A stretch of 64,000 bases of DNA from a virus (IMGVR_UViG_3300037714_000266:1-64000), one strand, 5' to 3'. Shown: positions 18,421 to 29,128, numbered from the stretch's first letter. The notes: generated from the letters alone by a model not told the origin. Numbers and translations: made by a program.

Positions 18421-18448
18421 ATATTACCACCTAAGATGCGCTTGTCAA
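18421..18448 (-). promoter_or_regulatory. sigma70-like promoter
   Basis: TTGACA-N16-TAATAT. Confidence 0.75.
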
Positions 18449-18647
18449 TGCCGCCTTGCATGCGTTGCAAACCGCGTACCCAGGCAGCGGTGCCTCGGAC
18501 TCATCAGCAAGGATTTCTGGGTCAAGTTCTCCGCACGCCGCCTCGAAGTCGTCGTCTGGTGCCGAGAGATGCAGGGTCCATGTGAATAGCTGGATGACGT
18601 TGTTCATGACCCGATCATCGTTTAGTCGGACCGAGACGTCCAAAAAG

Positions 18648-19166
18648 CTACTTGATGCGCAGTCCTCGTTTGCCCTCACCGATCCGGATGCCAGGGATCT
18701 CCATGCCGGACTTGAGCGCCTTCTTGAGCGCCTTTTTGTCGGGATCGCGCGGCTTGGCTGGCCCAAGGAACTCCTCGGGCACCACGGCATTTTTCATGAT
18801 CTCGGTGCCGCCTTCTGACTCCTGAACCCAGATGGTGAACAGCGCCGTGGAGATCTTGTCTTTCCTGACCGCGTCCATCGCCTGCTGCGAATACATCTTG
18901 AGCCATGCTGCGATTTTTTCGCGGCTCGCCCGTCGCCTTGCCAGCCGAGTCTCTTCGATCTTGATCACCGTGGCCTCGTACTCGACCTTCTTCACGAGCC
19001 TGACGATGTTTTCGATCTTTTCGTCGAAGGCCATTTCGACGGCGTCGAGTATCTCCTTTAGGTCTTTCGACGGGTCCTTTACCTCGCCAGTCTCTGGATC
19101 GATCGTCTCATCGTCGATGATGGACTGCGCCCTTATCATGGCCTCTGTGAGTTCGTAGAGCTTCAA
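18648..19166 (-). CDS. Siphovirus Gp157-family protein
   Basis: MKLYELT...EKIENI...E..RLA.RR...LK.Y...KI.TALFTI...VP.EF...PDKKALKKALK.G..IPG. Confidence 0.85.
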   Translation of the reverse strand: MKLYELTEAMIRAQSIIDDETIDPETGEVKDPSKDLKEILDAVEMAFDEKIENIVRLVKKVEYEATVIKIEETRLARRRASREKIAAWLKMYSQQAMDAVRKDKISTALFTIWVQESEGGTEIMKNAVVPEEFLGPAKPRDPDKKALKKALKSGMEIPGIRIGEGKRGLRIK

Positions 19167-19176
19167 AGGTTTCCTC

Positions 19177-19386
19177 CTACTTCACCAGCTTCAGCTTTGT
19201 ACCTCGACGGCATTCATTGCACTGCGGCTGTTGTCGAATGATCCCGTCAGCATCCCGGAGACCGAATTTCGAAGCGGGAAGCCACCGCCTGCACTTGGTG
19301 CAGTTGAATTGGCACCGAGTCAAAACCACGTTGACCGGGTATTCGACGCGGAATTCGTCGCCACTCGCTTCATCCTTCTTCGGCAT
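19177..19386 (-). CDS. Small zinc-finger protein
   Basis: CTKCRRWLPASKF...CNEC; AGGAGG RBS relationship with the next gene. Confidence 0.5.
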   Translation of the reverse strand: MPKKDEASGDEFRVEYPVNVVLTRCQFNCTKCRRWLPASKFGLRDADGIIRQQPQCNECRRGTKLKLVK

Positions 19387-20275
19387 CTGACCCTTTGGAT
19401 CGCCGGCTCATTTTGCGATCAATAGGACGTACGAGCGCCTCGTGGACTGACAAGCCCTTCCGTAGTCGTTTGTAGAAGACCGCCTCGCTCATTCCGATGC
19501 GCCGCAGGTGATCGATGGGTCGCCCCCTCACGCCGTCGATCTCCAGTACCACAGCATCGCCCATGCGCGCTCGCGCGCGACAAACACCGGAGCAGTAGAG
19601 TCGACCCGGAAGCGATGGCCCCTCACATATCGCGCACGGGTGTGTTCCTCGCTGCCGCACACGGGTTGTATGAGGCCCTGAGCCCGCCATGGCTTCTCTG
19701 AGCAGGACGAGGTCGACGTCGCGCTCCCCCGGCCTCACGGGCCGATGAGAAGGCTTCTCGCGCCTCCCTGCGTTGCACTTCGAGCAGAACGAAGACCGCT
19801 CCTCGGTGAAGCTTTCGCATCCGATGGTCCTACACGGTCGGTAGGATGAGATCCCTGGGTGCAATGCTTCAGCCGCCGACTTGAGGCTCTTCAGGTGGCT
19901 TGCTGACCGTACCCGAAGCCTCGATGGCAGCGTACTTGGCGTTCTCCTTGTCGATGCGATCGGTGACGAGCTTCGCAAGGTACTTCGGGATCGCCATCAT
20001 CTTTTGGATCCCCTCGTAACTCTTGGACTGCGATACGAAGGGTGCGTAGTTCACGATCAACTCCCGTAGCGTCGCCACGGATTCGCGCCAGATCTGATTT
20101 TCGACCTTGGCGCGTCGAAGCTCATACTCCAACGTTTTCCGGTCGTCTTGGTTGTCCATGTGCGGTTTCTGTCCCGTACGATGACGATGGGCCAATGGGC
20201 TGATTCGTGGCTTTGGACCTGGTGATAACGTACTCATCTGGCCCATCTTAGTGGGTCAGATGGATATGCTCAAGG

Positions 20276-22102
20276 TCAGAGCCACTTCGCTCGGAGTTTT
20301 TCGAGGGCCACGAGGTTGAGGATCCCGCCCTTAGCCCACTGGATGATGACGGTCCCGCCGGTGGTACTCCCAACGAAGACTCCGTAGGCCGTGCCGTTGG
20401 TGACGATCATGCCAGACTCGATATCACCACTCTTGCCGTCGACGCGCTTGAGTCCGTTGGCCTGTGCTGCGGCGGCCGACAACGTTGTGTTCGCCTTCAC
20501 CTCGGTGAGGTGGCTGACGTCTTCGGTGACGCCGCGCTTCTTCGCGAGCAGGGCGATATAGGGAGCGTGGGCAGCTTCAGCTTCACGATCGGACTTGGGG
20601 TCGAGCGTTACTGTGAACTCAAGACCTTCCTTGTCCCACTTGACCTTGTGACCCTTCTTCGTGATGGCTGCGGCAAGTTTCTGATTGTTCTTGCGCAGCT
20701 TCTCTTTGTCGCGATTGTCGCGGTGTCCAGCGTGAAGGACGCGGCCTGCCCATTCACTCCAGAACTGACTGCCGAACATCTTCTCGCCGATTGCGACGAC
20801 CTCGTCTCGCATCCGACCTCTGGCACGGTTGACGATCACACCCTTCGCAGGGATGTAGTCCTTCCCCATCTTCAGATCGAAGTCGACATCTTTCATGAGC
20901 CAGTCGGGGATCTTTGCTTCGCTGATTCCGGCACTCTCCGTGATCCACACCATGCCGTCGCGTCCGACCGCAAACCCTGGCTTGTTCTTCTTGCCCTTCT
21001 CCGTGTGCTCGATCGTTTTGTCGTCGACCTTCTTCCAAACCGCTTTCCCGGCGCTCGGAACGGCAGAAAAGACAGTGCCTGGCTTGAGCGACTTGAACGA
21101 CACCTTCTTCAGGTTCTCTTCGTCGAGACGATCGAAGCCGAAGGACTCGTTCATGACCTCGGCGAAGAACTTCTCGTTCTCGCTCACGAGGTCTGCAACA
21201 GCGATGTCGAATGGGTCGGTCCGGGCTCGACCGACAGCCATCAGTGAGAGGTGAGAGGCGTTCAACTCTCCATTGGGTCCCTTCGCAGGGGTCATGAGCA
21301 CGAACTGCTCACCCTTGCGATTCGTCATCGACAGCCAGTCGTGGTTCGCGCCACGGCTGACCACCGAGGTGACCACGAAGGTCTGCCCACGGATGGAGAG
21401 TTTCTGTCCTGGGGTGGCCCCGTAGAGACCCGCGAAGACGCGCTTCGCTTCACCCACGGCCGCCGACTGCGCCGACGCCTGCGAGTTCGTGGCCATGCCA
21501 GGGGCGTCTCCGGATCCACCAGCGTCACCAACCACCGCCCCTTGGGGTCCAATCGTCTTTGACGGAGTCGAGATCGACTCGAAGTCGCTGAGCCCCTTCT
21601 GCCACGCCTTCGACTCGCCTTGCTGCGGCGTCAGGTCGAGAGTGTTCACGTGAGACCCGGAAGCCAACCGCTTGTCGGTGAATTCGACCCATGCGAGATG
21701 CCCCTTGCCGCGCTGACTGTCTTGCTCGGCCTGGATCATCTCGACCGTACCAACTTTGCCCTTGAGCGGACCCTTGGCCATTGCGTCTGCGTCCGATTTC
21801 GGCGTCACCTTCACAGCGTCGCCCACCGAGATCCCATCGGCGCTGTTGATTCGCTTGCCCTTCGATTCGGTGATCGAGAACATCTCCTCTCCGCCCGCAT
21901 CGACGACCTTGGCGCTTTTCACGTCATCGCGGCTAGCGATGAGATCGGCCAACTTCTTCTTCGACGGAGCGCCCCACTTCCGAAGCCACGAATCCTTCTT
22001 CGTCTTGCCGTCCTTGGTGGTCGTGACGATGAACGCTTTGACATCATACGACCGCGCTTCGTCGAGGCCGCTGTTCAGTAGATCTGCGTAACTCATCGTC
22101 AA
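20276..22102 (-). CDS. Large K/G/A-rich protein, putative head-internal (protease-processed) protein
   Basis: 608 aa of patchwork segments delimited by [ILV]xE-[SA] motifs (ITES twice, ISEA, LTEV, LDEA). Confidence 0.55.
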   Translation of the reverse strand: MTMSYADLLNSGLDEARSYDVKAFIVTTTKDGKTKKDSWLRKWGAPSKKKLADLIASRDDVKSAKVVDAGGEEMFSITESKGKRINSADGISVGDAVKVTPKSDADAMAKGPLKGKVGTVEMIQAEQDSQRGKGHLAWVEFTDKRLASGSHVNTLDLTPQQGESKAWQKGLSDFESISTPSKTIGPQGAVVGDAGGSGDAPGMATNSQASAQSAAVGEAKRVFAGLYGATPGQKLSIRGQTFVVTSVVSRGANHDWLSMTNRKGEQFVLMTPAKGPNGELNASHLSLMAVGRARTDPFDIAVADLVSENEKFFAEVMNESFGFDRLDEENLKKVSFKSLKPGTVFSAVPSAGKAVWKKVDDKTIEHTEKGKKNKPGFAVGRDGMVWITESAGISEAKIPDWLMKDVDFDLKMGKDYIPAKGVIVNRARGRMRDEVVAIGEKMFGSQFWSEWAGRVLHAGHRDNRDKEKLRKNNQKLAAAITKKGHKVKWDKEGLEFTVTLDPKSDREAEAAHAPYIALLAKKRGVTEDVSHLTEVKANTTLSAAAAQANGLKRVDGKSGDIESGMIVTNGTAYGVFVGSTTGGTVIIQWAKGGILNLVALEKLRAKWL

Positions 22103-22108
22103 TGCTCC

Positions 22109-23212
22109 TCAGAATGGGATCGATTTCGCTCGCCGGTTATCCACTGGGCCGGCCCCGGGTTTGTCTTCTGCACCCTGGGCCTCAGGAACATCCCCGTCGG
22201 TACCGGTGACCTTGGCCTTTTTGAGTTTCTTCTTCTTGGACATCAGGTGCAAGTGTCCGATGTCCTCGTCGAAAACGGCGTGTCTGACCATGTCCCGGAA
22301 CCGGATCACGCCCTCGGTTTTCTTGCCGCCCATGAGAGTTTCGAACCGATCGAGTACCTTGTTCGCCTGATCCTGGCTCATGACCATCTGAGCGTTCGTG
22401 GGTCTGAAATACCCCATCGCGAACAACTCAGAAAACGACTCGCCGTCCTTCCGGGCGTACTTGGTGACCTGCCACTCGGGTCGATCGAAGTCGTACTTGG
22501 CGCCGTGTTTACGCTCGTAGCGGTGCGCCAGTTCGTGAATGAGGACGTAGTCAGGTGCGCCGTAGCTTCCGCCGGTCCGCTTCAGGATCTTTGGCGTCGC
22601 TCGGACAAGCATCTGATCCTTGTCACTCTTGTACTTCCCCGCTGCCGTCCCGTGGAACTCTTTCGGTGTCGCCAGGACCACCGTCAGACCGCCGTCGAGT
22701 GCCTTACGACGCCATCCCTTGAGTCCGCCCCATAGCTTCTCGAAATGCGATACCCACTTCTTGAGCTTGGCCTCGTCGAATCCAACCTGATTGACGTAGG
22801 TGTTGCCGCCCGCCTTCATCTCGGCCGGGATTGTCTTCTTGTTCTTGCCGCCGCGTGTGAAGTCAGCGAGGCCGTCGATGTTGTCCTCGACGAACCCCCA
22901 TCGATTCTTCAGCTCCGTTTCCTGACTCTTCCGCCATTCAGGCGTATCGCCCTTCAACGGAGTCGCTGCAACAAACAGGAGACGATGCAGCCAGGCCAGA
23001 TCACCCTTCAGCTTCTTTTGCCCCTGCGGTGTACGACTCGCACCAAAGGTAAAGTTCTTGGTCATCCAGTCGGCCAACTCCTTGGCTTTGTCCGGATCCC
23101 ATTTTTTCATGAGCAAAGAGACGCGTTGACGCAACTCAACCCCCAGATCCTCTGACGCTTCGAGGAATGGGGGTTGAGAGTCGAACAGTGAACTGAGACG
23201 AAGAAGGTTCAC
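22109..23212 (-). CDS. Zincin-like metallopeptidase-domain protein, putative virion-internal
   Basis: LIHELAH plus downstream ESFSELFA third-ligand motif. Confidence 0.6.
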   Translation of the reverse strand: MNLLRLSSLFDSQPPFLEASEDLGVELRQRVSLLMKKWDPDKAKELADWMTKNFTFGASRTPQGQKKLKGDLAWLHRLLFVAATPLKGDTPEWRKSQETELKNRWGFVEDNIDGLADFTRGGKNKKTIPAEMKAGGNTYVNQVGFDEAKLKKWVSHFEKLWGGLKGWRRKALDGGLTVVLATPKEFHGTAAGKYKSDKDQMLVRATPKILKRTGGSYGAPDYVLIHELAHRYERKHGAKYDFDRPEWQVTKYARKDGESFSELFAMGYFRPTNAQMVMSQDQANKVLDRFETLMGGKKTEGVIRFRDMVRHAVFDEDIGHLHLMSKKKKLKKAKVTGTDGDVPEAQGAEDKPGAGPVDNRRAKSIPF

Positions 23213-24282
23213 TGCTCGTTGGGTTTGTCGATCGACTCGTCAGTGATCGACTCGGCCGCCCGAAGAGCGCGAGTGATGCTCATGGCCGCGAGTTTCTGCT
23301 GGTTCTCGATGGACAGTCCGTCGTAGATCTGGACGACGGCCGCTGCGCGATGCACCGGCACCTGGGTGCCCTCGACTCGAACAGCCATACCATCACGCAC
23401 AGCACGCCGCAGGAGTTTGATGTTGACGCTGTCCCGCTCCTGATCCTCGGTGTGGTGGTTCAGTTCGTCGCCTGCGAAGACCGCCTGCACGATGGCTGCG
23501 ACCTCGTTAAGATCGGCCGATGTCCACACCTGAGTCTCATCGGTGCGCGACGACGCCATCGGGGTGGCGCCCTCCTCGGACTCGACCGTGAGATCAGGCC
23601 GCAAATCGCGGAAGCGCGGGTTGGCCGAACCGATGTTCACAAGCTTGATGGTCCCGCCGCCCCCGTTGCCGCTCGTGGGTGGCACGAGCATGGCGTACTG
23701 GTCGCCCTTGCCGCCGCCGCTGGCCCCCGCAAGGGTGACGATGTGCATGCCGTGCTTCGTCGGTTTCGCGGCCTGAGTGACCTTGTAGGCCACGCCGCCG
23801 GCTTTGACGATCTGACCCTTCTTGGCGTTCATGAGCGCATTGGCGCCCTTGACCATGTTGGCCATCTGACCTGACACCGTGTTGTTCGGTGTCGCGGTCG
23901 CTGCGCCAGCTTCCACGACCGGGTCTTCCCAGAGACCATGCCCCTGCTGAGCGAACTTCAGACCCGTCGCTGCTGCCGTCGTGCGAATCGCGCTCTCGAC
24001 CATCTGATGCAGCTTTTTGAGCGACTCCATCGGAGCGCCAGCCAACGCGATCCGTGCATCGGACTCGGTGAGCGCATTGGCCATCGAGGCGGAGACGTCG
24101 TTGACGCCTGAGCGGAGACGAGTGATGAGGTTTTCGTACTCACGGATGAGTTTCAGAGCTGCCTCATCTTCGGGCACCTCATCCACTTGAGGAAACGGTC
24201 CTGACGACTCGACCAGGTCCGCCTTGGGTCTGTCGAGAATGCCTCGAACCTCGTTCAGAATTGCAGTCGTCGTCATGTTCAA
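23209..24282 (-). CDS. Putative head-internal protein
   Basis: 357 aa, Ala/Gly-rich, repeated xxE-S/A motifs. Confidence 0.5.
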   Translation of the reverse strand: MNMTTTAILNEVRGILDRPKADLVESSGPFPQVDEVPEDEAALKLIREYENLITRLRSGVNDVSASMANALTESDARIALAGAPMESLKKLHQMVESAIRTTAAATGLKFAQQGHGLWEDPVVEAGAATATPNNTVSGQMANMVKGANALMNAKKGQIVKAGGVAYKVTQAAKPTKHGMHIVTLAGASGGGKGDQYAMLVPPTSGNGGGGTIKLVNIGSANPRFRDLRPDLTVESEEGATPMASSRTDETQVWTSADLNEVAAIVQAVFAGDELNHHTEDQERDSVNIKLLRRAVRDGMAVRVEGTQVPVHRAAAVVQIYDGLSIENQQKLAAMSITRALRAAESITDESIDKPNEQ

Positions 24283-24286
24283 CTCC

Positions 24287-26485
24287 TCACCATCTCAGCT
24301 TTCGGCACCATCCGAGTAGCTTGTCCGGCTTCTTCATGTCGGCCAGCTTCATCGACATCGTGCGTTCCGTCCAGTCGCGATTGTGCTTGGTCTTCGCACG
24401 GACGATGACGGTGAACATTCCTTGGTCGTTCGTCTTCGTGCTGACGTTGATGTCGACCTCGGGACGGCCAATGCTCACTCGGACCTCGGCCGGTGTCATC
24501 GGCGCGTAGTACGCCAGTCGCACAACCTCTCCCATATAGAGGTTATTGGCGACAGATGGTTGTGTGTTCATCGGCTTCCAGTCGACCGGCGTGTTCTTTT
24601 CGAGCCACGAATCGATCGCCGACTTCGCTCCCTTGAGCGCCATCTTGACCTGCTCGGTTGGGCCGTCACTGGCCTTCGGTGTCGGACCCACCTGACCACC
24701 AGCGGATATCTCGAACAACTCATCGAGCGTGGGTTCGGCCGTTTCCTCGGCCACACCACCGCCAGGAACCCTCACTTCGCTGATGCCGAAGTCACGGACT
24801 CTACCACCGTAGTCGACCATGGCGATGTCCTGTGTTGGCGTCTTTGGGATCGCCAATTCGAACTGATCACGTATTCCGCCGTCACCTGACACGAGGATGA
24901 GTTTGACCATGTCCGGCTGATGCTTGACCTGCTTGACGTTGAACTCGTAGGGACCGATCCGCATCGTGTCGCCAGCCTTCACCTTGCCGATGCGGTCATA
25001 GTGGCCTTCGTACCAACCCTGTGAGGCGCCAGAAACCCCGCCAGTATTCCAGCCACCCTTGCCTGGTTCTTTGCCTTGACCACTCTGTTGAAGATTGGCG
25101 GTCGGCGGCGCCTCGAAGTGACCCAGGGTCTTGCAGCCGTGAGACGAGCCCGCAACGCCGCCGGTGTTGATGCCTTCGTCGAGGATGGACTCGATCACAT
25201 CGGCGACGTTCTCTGTTTTGGACTTGTTGAGACGGCGCGCCACCCTCTCGGCAGCAGACTTCGCAGCCTTGAGACTGTCGGCATTGCCCTTTTGTCCCTT
25301 GTGCTTGCCCTCGACGGTTGACGCACTCCAGTCCCAGTCGCTCTTGGTGCCGTTGACCTGCATCTCGACATTGCCGTCGACGAACTCCCACGACTCGTAA
25401 CCGTCGTTGTGCTTCGAGAGTTGATTCCACCCGCTCTTGGAAGTCGATTCGGTCCATAGACGCTGACCGATGAGCGTGCTCTTGAAACCTTTACGCCAGT
25501 TCGTCGATGGAGCACCGTCTGGCTCATCGCCGTAGCGGCGAACGAGATCCATCCACCCCTTCCAGTCCGTTGGACGTTTCGCCCACTGATTCAAGATCGC
25601 CGTCGTAACCTGCGATCCGGCGCGTTGGCCATCCTTGTAGTCGGAGTTGGTTTCAACGAGTGCGTTTTCGAGTTTGGTTGACTTGGACTCGCTCATCCGC
25701 TGATCGATGTCCTGTTTTTCCGATCGACGTACGGCCCGGTTGTAGTCGGACCTAACACCCTTCTTCAACTTCGGCTTGACGGCTGGGTGCTTGGCGAATC
25801 CGACCTCCGAGGCGTAACCCTCGCCCTTCTTGGCTCCGGCCAGTTCTCGGCCAGCGCGCTTCTCTTCAAGGCCATTGACGCCATCGACAGCTCTTTCGAA
25901 CGCATCATCCAGATCCATGATCTCCTCCGACTTCGGACCCGTTGTGACGCTCGCGCTCTTACCCGCCGGTCCACACGAGGGGTTATCTGGGTTCTTGTAC
26001 ATGCAGTAGCGCTGCCACGAGACACGCGCGTAATACTCCTTCGACTTCCCAGGCTGACTCTCCCTGATCTCGTCGTAGTAGCGAGCGAGCACTTTCTGGG
26101 TGCGCTTGTCTCCGGCCGGGGGGCCATGTGGCCTTTCCTTGGCTTCATCCATCGCGACCAGTACATCGCGCTGCGACTCGCTCATCCCTGCGCTCATCGA
26201 AATGAGTGCGTACTCGATGGCCTTGTCGGCTTCGTCTTGAGCCTTCTGCCAGAGTTTCTCGGCCTTCTTCTGATCACCGGCGGCGGACGCTGCCTTGGCC
26301 TGCTTGGCAACGGCTGCGATCTTTGCGCGCACCGACTTCGGAACAAGGCCCTCGCCCACGGCCTGATCGATGACGCTCATGAACGATCCGAACATATCGT
26401 CGGCCGAAGGAACCTTTTCCAGGAGAGTTCCAAGGGCCACGAAGTGTCCGGCTTCGCCTAACTCCTCTGTCGTCATCCCAAGCAT
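24287..26485 (-). CDS. Large putative head-internal protein
   Basis: 732 aa, mosaic K/G-rich segments separated by xxES/xxEG motifs. Confidence 0.55.
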   Translation of the reverse strand: MLGMTTEELGEAGHFVALGTLLEKVPSADDMFGSFMSVIDQAVGEGLVPKSVRAKIAAVAKQAKAASAAGDQKKAEKLWQKAQDEADKAIEYALISMSAGMSESQRDVLVAMDEAKERPHGPPAGDKRTQKVLARYYDEIRESQPGKSKEYYARVSWQRYCMYKNPDNPSCGPAGKSASVTTGPKSEEIMDLDDAFERAVDGVNGLEEKRAGRELAGAKKGEGYASEVGFAKHPAVKPKLKKGVRSDYNRAVRRSEKQDIDQRMSESKSTKLENALVETNSDYKDGQRAGSQVTTAILNQWAKRPTDWKGWMDLVRRYGDEPDGAPSTNWRKGFKSTLIGQRLWTESTSKSGWNQLSKHNDGYESWEFVDGNVEMQVNGTKSDWDWSASTVEGKHKGQKGNADSLKAAKSAAERVARRLNKSKTENVADVIESILDEGINTGGVAGSSHGCKTLGHFEAPPTANLQQSGQGKEPGKGGWNTGGVSGASQGWYEGHYDRIGKVKAGDTMRIGPYEFNVKQVKHQPDMVKLILVSGDGGIRDQFELAIPKTPTQDIAMVDYGGRVRDFGISEVRVPGGGVAEETAEPTLDELFEISAGGQVGPTPKASDGPTEQVKMALKGAKSAIDSWLEKNTPVDWKPMNTQPSVANNLYMGEVVRLAYYAPMTPAEVRVSIGRPEVDINVSTKTNDQGMFTVIVRAKTKHNRDWTERTMSMKLADMKKPDKLLGWCRKLRW

Positions 26486-26979
26486 CAGATCCCCGTCGTT
26501 GTTGCGTCGACCGCCGCGACGATACCAATCGTCACAGCCACCCCTACCACGAACCCGCCGATGAGCCCGACTTCATCCCCATGAAGTTCCCACCACGTTC
26601 GTTCGGCTCTCTCGTTGGCGCGCTGGATCTCCTCGTCAGCCATCTCCAGGTGTCGAGTGTAGATCTGGCGTTCGCGCTCCCAGGTGCGTTGGTCGATCTC
26701 GTAAAGGCCCCTGACCTCGTCGTACGAGACGCGCAGACGAGCGACGTACGCAGCGCTCTCGTCAGGAAACAGCACGCCAGGGCCTGTCTCCACTTCTTCT
26801 TCACCGCCGGTCACGACACAGCTATCGACGGCAACAGTTTGGACGCCCTCGTCGGGACGCTGCACCTCGTCGGGCATATCGACCGCGATGATCGGGTCTG
26901 GGAGTGTGCGAGGCGATGCCGTGGCAGCCGAACCGCATCCAGCGACCATGATAGTCAACGCTACCCAAGCACCTCGCAT
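26485..26979 (-). CDS. Lipoprotein with coiled coil and C-terminal TM helix (spanin-like)
   Basis: Signal peptide with lipobox MVAG-C; C-terminal hydrophobic helix. Confidence 0.5.
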   Translation of the reverse strand: MRGAWVALTIMVAGCGSAATASPRTLPDPIIAVDMPDEVQRPDEGVQTVAVDSCVVTGGEEEVETGPGVLFPDESAAYVARLRVSYDEVRGLYEIDQRTWERERQIYTRHLEMADEEIQRANERAERTWWELHGDEVGLIGGFVVGVAVTIGIVAAVDATTTGI

Positions 26980-27068
26980 TTTCGACCCCTCCCACCGCAA
27001 GACGCCGCGAACCCCAGGGAAACCCCCCAGGGTCGCGGCGTTACAGATGTCGTCCCGACCCGGAAAGA

Positions 27069-27341
27069 CTAGACCGAGTATTCGTCCATCACGTCGATGG
27101 GGCCGACCGGAGTGTCGCCGGTGCCAGGCGCACTGGCCTCGATGGTGATCAACTCCAGGGCGATGAGGCGGTTCAGTTCCTTGTATGCCGGAGCACCCTT
27201 GTCTTCACCGAACCGGAGATCCGCGTCGGCGACGCCGGTGGCGACGTTGGCCGAATCGGCGACGGCGAATTGCTGGAATGGGTGCGGCAGATCACCGACT
27301 GCGAAATCCGCGCCGGAGGTGTTTGTGAGATCGAGCAACAT
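27069..27341 (-). CDS. Hypothetical protein
   Basis: GAAAGGAAG RBS upstream; 90 aa. Confidence 0.5.
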   Translation of the reverse strand: MLLDLTNTSGADFAVGDLPHPFQQFAVADSANVATGVADADLRFGEDKGAPAYKELNRLIALELITIEASAPGTGDTPVGPIDVMDEYSV

Positions 27342-27452
27342 GGTGGCTTAACTTCCTTTCGTCGGGTCGTCATCGAGGTTTTGAGGCGCCTCGTTGCCTT
27401 TGTCGAAGTGATTGGAAACCTACCACAACAGTTTAGAAGTCCAGAGTTTCCG

Positions 27453-27468
27453 GTGCAGACGTCTGCAC
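27453..27468. repeat. 16-bp palindrome GTGCAGACGTCTGCAC, copy 3 of 5
   Basis: Read directly; intergenic. Confidence 0.95.
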
Positions 27469-27474
27469 CAATCT

Positions 27475-27837
27475 CTAGCTAAGCTTTTTCCCGTAGTTGG
27501 CAACCGCACTCTTGATCGAACTGACGACCGTTGCGTAGGCGATCATCGCAACGGCACCCGCGCCGGCATAGAACATCACACCACCGGCCATTCCCTCGGT
27601 TCGAAGAGCATCAGTCACCGGGATGCCAGGGATGAGCCCGATCAGTCCACCGACCACGACCGCGTGGAAGCGATAGGTGACGTAGTAGACGCCTTTGACC
27701 CCTGGGTAGCCGGTCTTCGGCATGTCCTTCTGATCGCCGAGGATGAGTTTTTTGGCGATCTCACCAGCCAACCCGATGACGAGCACCGAGATCCACAGAG
27801 CTGGGTGAGCGATGTATGCAATGAGTGCGTCGAGCAT
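27475..27837 (-). CDS. Small multi-pass membrane protein (holin-like)
   Basis: TAGGAGG RBS; three hydrophobic helices; basic C-terminus. Confidence 0.55.
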   Translation of the reverse strand: MLDALIAYIAHPALWISVLVIGLAGEIAKKLILGDQKDMPKTGYPGVKGVYYVTYRFHAVVVGGLIGLIPGIPVTDALRTEGMAGGVMFYAGAGAVAMIAYATVVSSIKSAVANYGKKLS

Positions 27838-27847
27838 GACGGGCCTC

Positions 27848-28711
27848 CTAAGCTGCCGATGGCCACCTCTTCGCGATACGCCCAACGGTGGTCGACAGTC
27901 TTGCGTCAGTATCTGAATCGGCCTGTCCCAAGGCAAGTTTCCGTGCAAAGCCGCGTCGAAAGCCGTCAATCCCACCGCCTCCGTCCCACGTTTCGTAATC
28001 GTTGAGCTTCATATCCACGAACCAAACACGAGTCGCCACGGCTCCAAGAACGGCCTCCAAATCGCCCGACAACCGCGCATCTGGGTTGATGACCACAAGG
28101 TCGTCTTCTGGGTCATAGACGGCGTACTGACTCATCTGACCGCGTCCACGACCCATCTCACGAGGATCGAGCATGACCGGTAGCGTTCCGCGTGAAAGCC
28201 CAACGGAAGCCAAGAGTTTCGTGGTTGTTTTCAGGACCCCCATTAGTGGCCTCATCTCCGACTCGGAGTAGCCCCAGACATTGATGACCTCGAAGTCGCC
28301 CACCAATGCCTGAGCCGGGGCATCGCCTATCTTGGCTTGATCAATGAGTTTCTGGACATCTCGTACCACCACGAGAAGGTCGCGCATTTTTCGGGCGGCG
28401 CGCTGATCTACACCACTGCGTTGCAGGTTGTGCATCGCCAATCGGAGACGCTGTCGCAGCTTCGCGACCTCTGGCCGATCACCCACCAGGCCGTCTAGAA
28501 TCGGCCTCACCATGTCGAGTAGCTGTTTTATTTTCACCCGGCCGGTTCCGGTGAGCGATACGGCTACCGAGACCTCGTCCAACTCCTTGATGATTCTCGC
28601 GAAAGTCTTGCGGTCCACGTATTTGATCCTTCCCGTTCCATCAAGTGTCAGATCCCGACACTCCTTCGCGTCACTAGAGTCATGACTATCGAAATAACCG
28701 ACGCCAGTCAC
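27848..28711 (-). CDS. Hypothetical protein (true start uncertain)
   Basis: 287-aa ORF overlapping a divergent gene start. Confidence 0.5.
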   Translation of the reverse strand: MTGVGYFDSHDSSDAKECRDLTLDGTGRIKYVDRKTFARIIKELDEVSVAVSLTGTGRVKIKQLLDMVRPILDGLVGDRPEVAKLRQRLRLAMHNLQRSGVDQRAARKMRDLLVVVRDVQKLIDQAKIGDAPAQALVGDFEVINVWGYSESEMRPLMGVLKTTTKLLASVGLSRGTLPVMLDPREMGRGRGQMSQYAVYDPEDDLVVINPDARLSGDLEAVLGAVATRVWFVDMKLNDYETWDGGGGIDGFRRGFARKLALGQADSDTDARLSTTVGRIAKRWPSAA

Positions 28712-29128
28712 CTAGACCACGGCCTCACGGTGGCTCAGATCGAGTACGCCATTGAGTCAGCCGAACAACACATGGGTCTCACGGAACTCATCATCCACAC
28801 CGTGGAGTTGCCAGAGAGGTACGGAACCGTTCCGTGTGGTCTTCATGGCCCCGTCCTCGGCGACGATCCGGTGCCAGAGACCGAGGTCGTCTACGAAGTC
28901 AGGGGAAGCCGCAATGGCCCCTCACGCCTCGTGGACCGAACCGAACGTCAGGTACGGACCCTGACCATCATCGCCGGACCCCACGAAGGCAAACCATGGG
29001 TCCTCTACACCGCCTTTGGTGGACCTGTGACCCCTCGTGAACCCTTCGATGTCCCCAACTGGGACGGCGCTGCGTTTATGGAGTCCCAGGCTTTCTGGGC
29101 CTCACACGCGCTCACCCGAAAAAGGTGA
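28682..29128 (+). CDS. Hypothetical phage protein
   Basis: First gene of the plus-strand island. Confidence 0.6.
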   Translation: MTIEITDASHLDHGLTVAQIEYAIESAEQHMGLTELIIHTVELPERYGTVPCGLHGPVLGDDPVPETEVVYEVRGSRNGPSRLVDRTERQVRTLTIIAGPHEGKPWVLYTAFGGPVTPREPFDVPNWDGAAFMESQAFWASHALTRKR

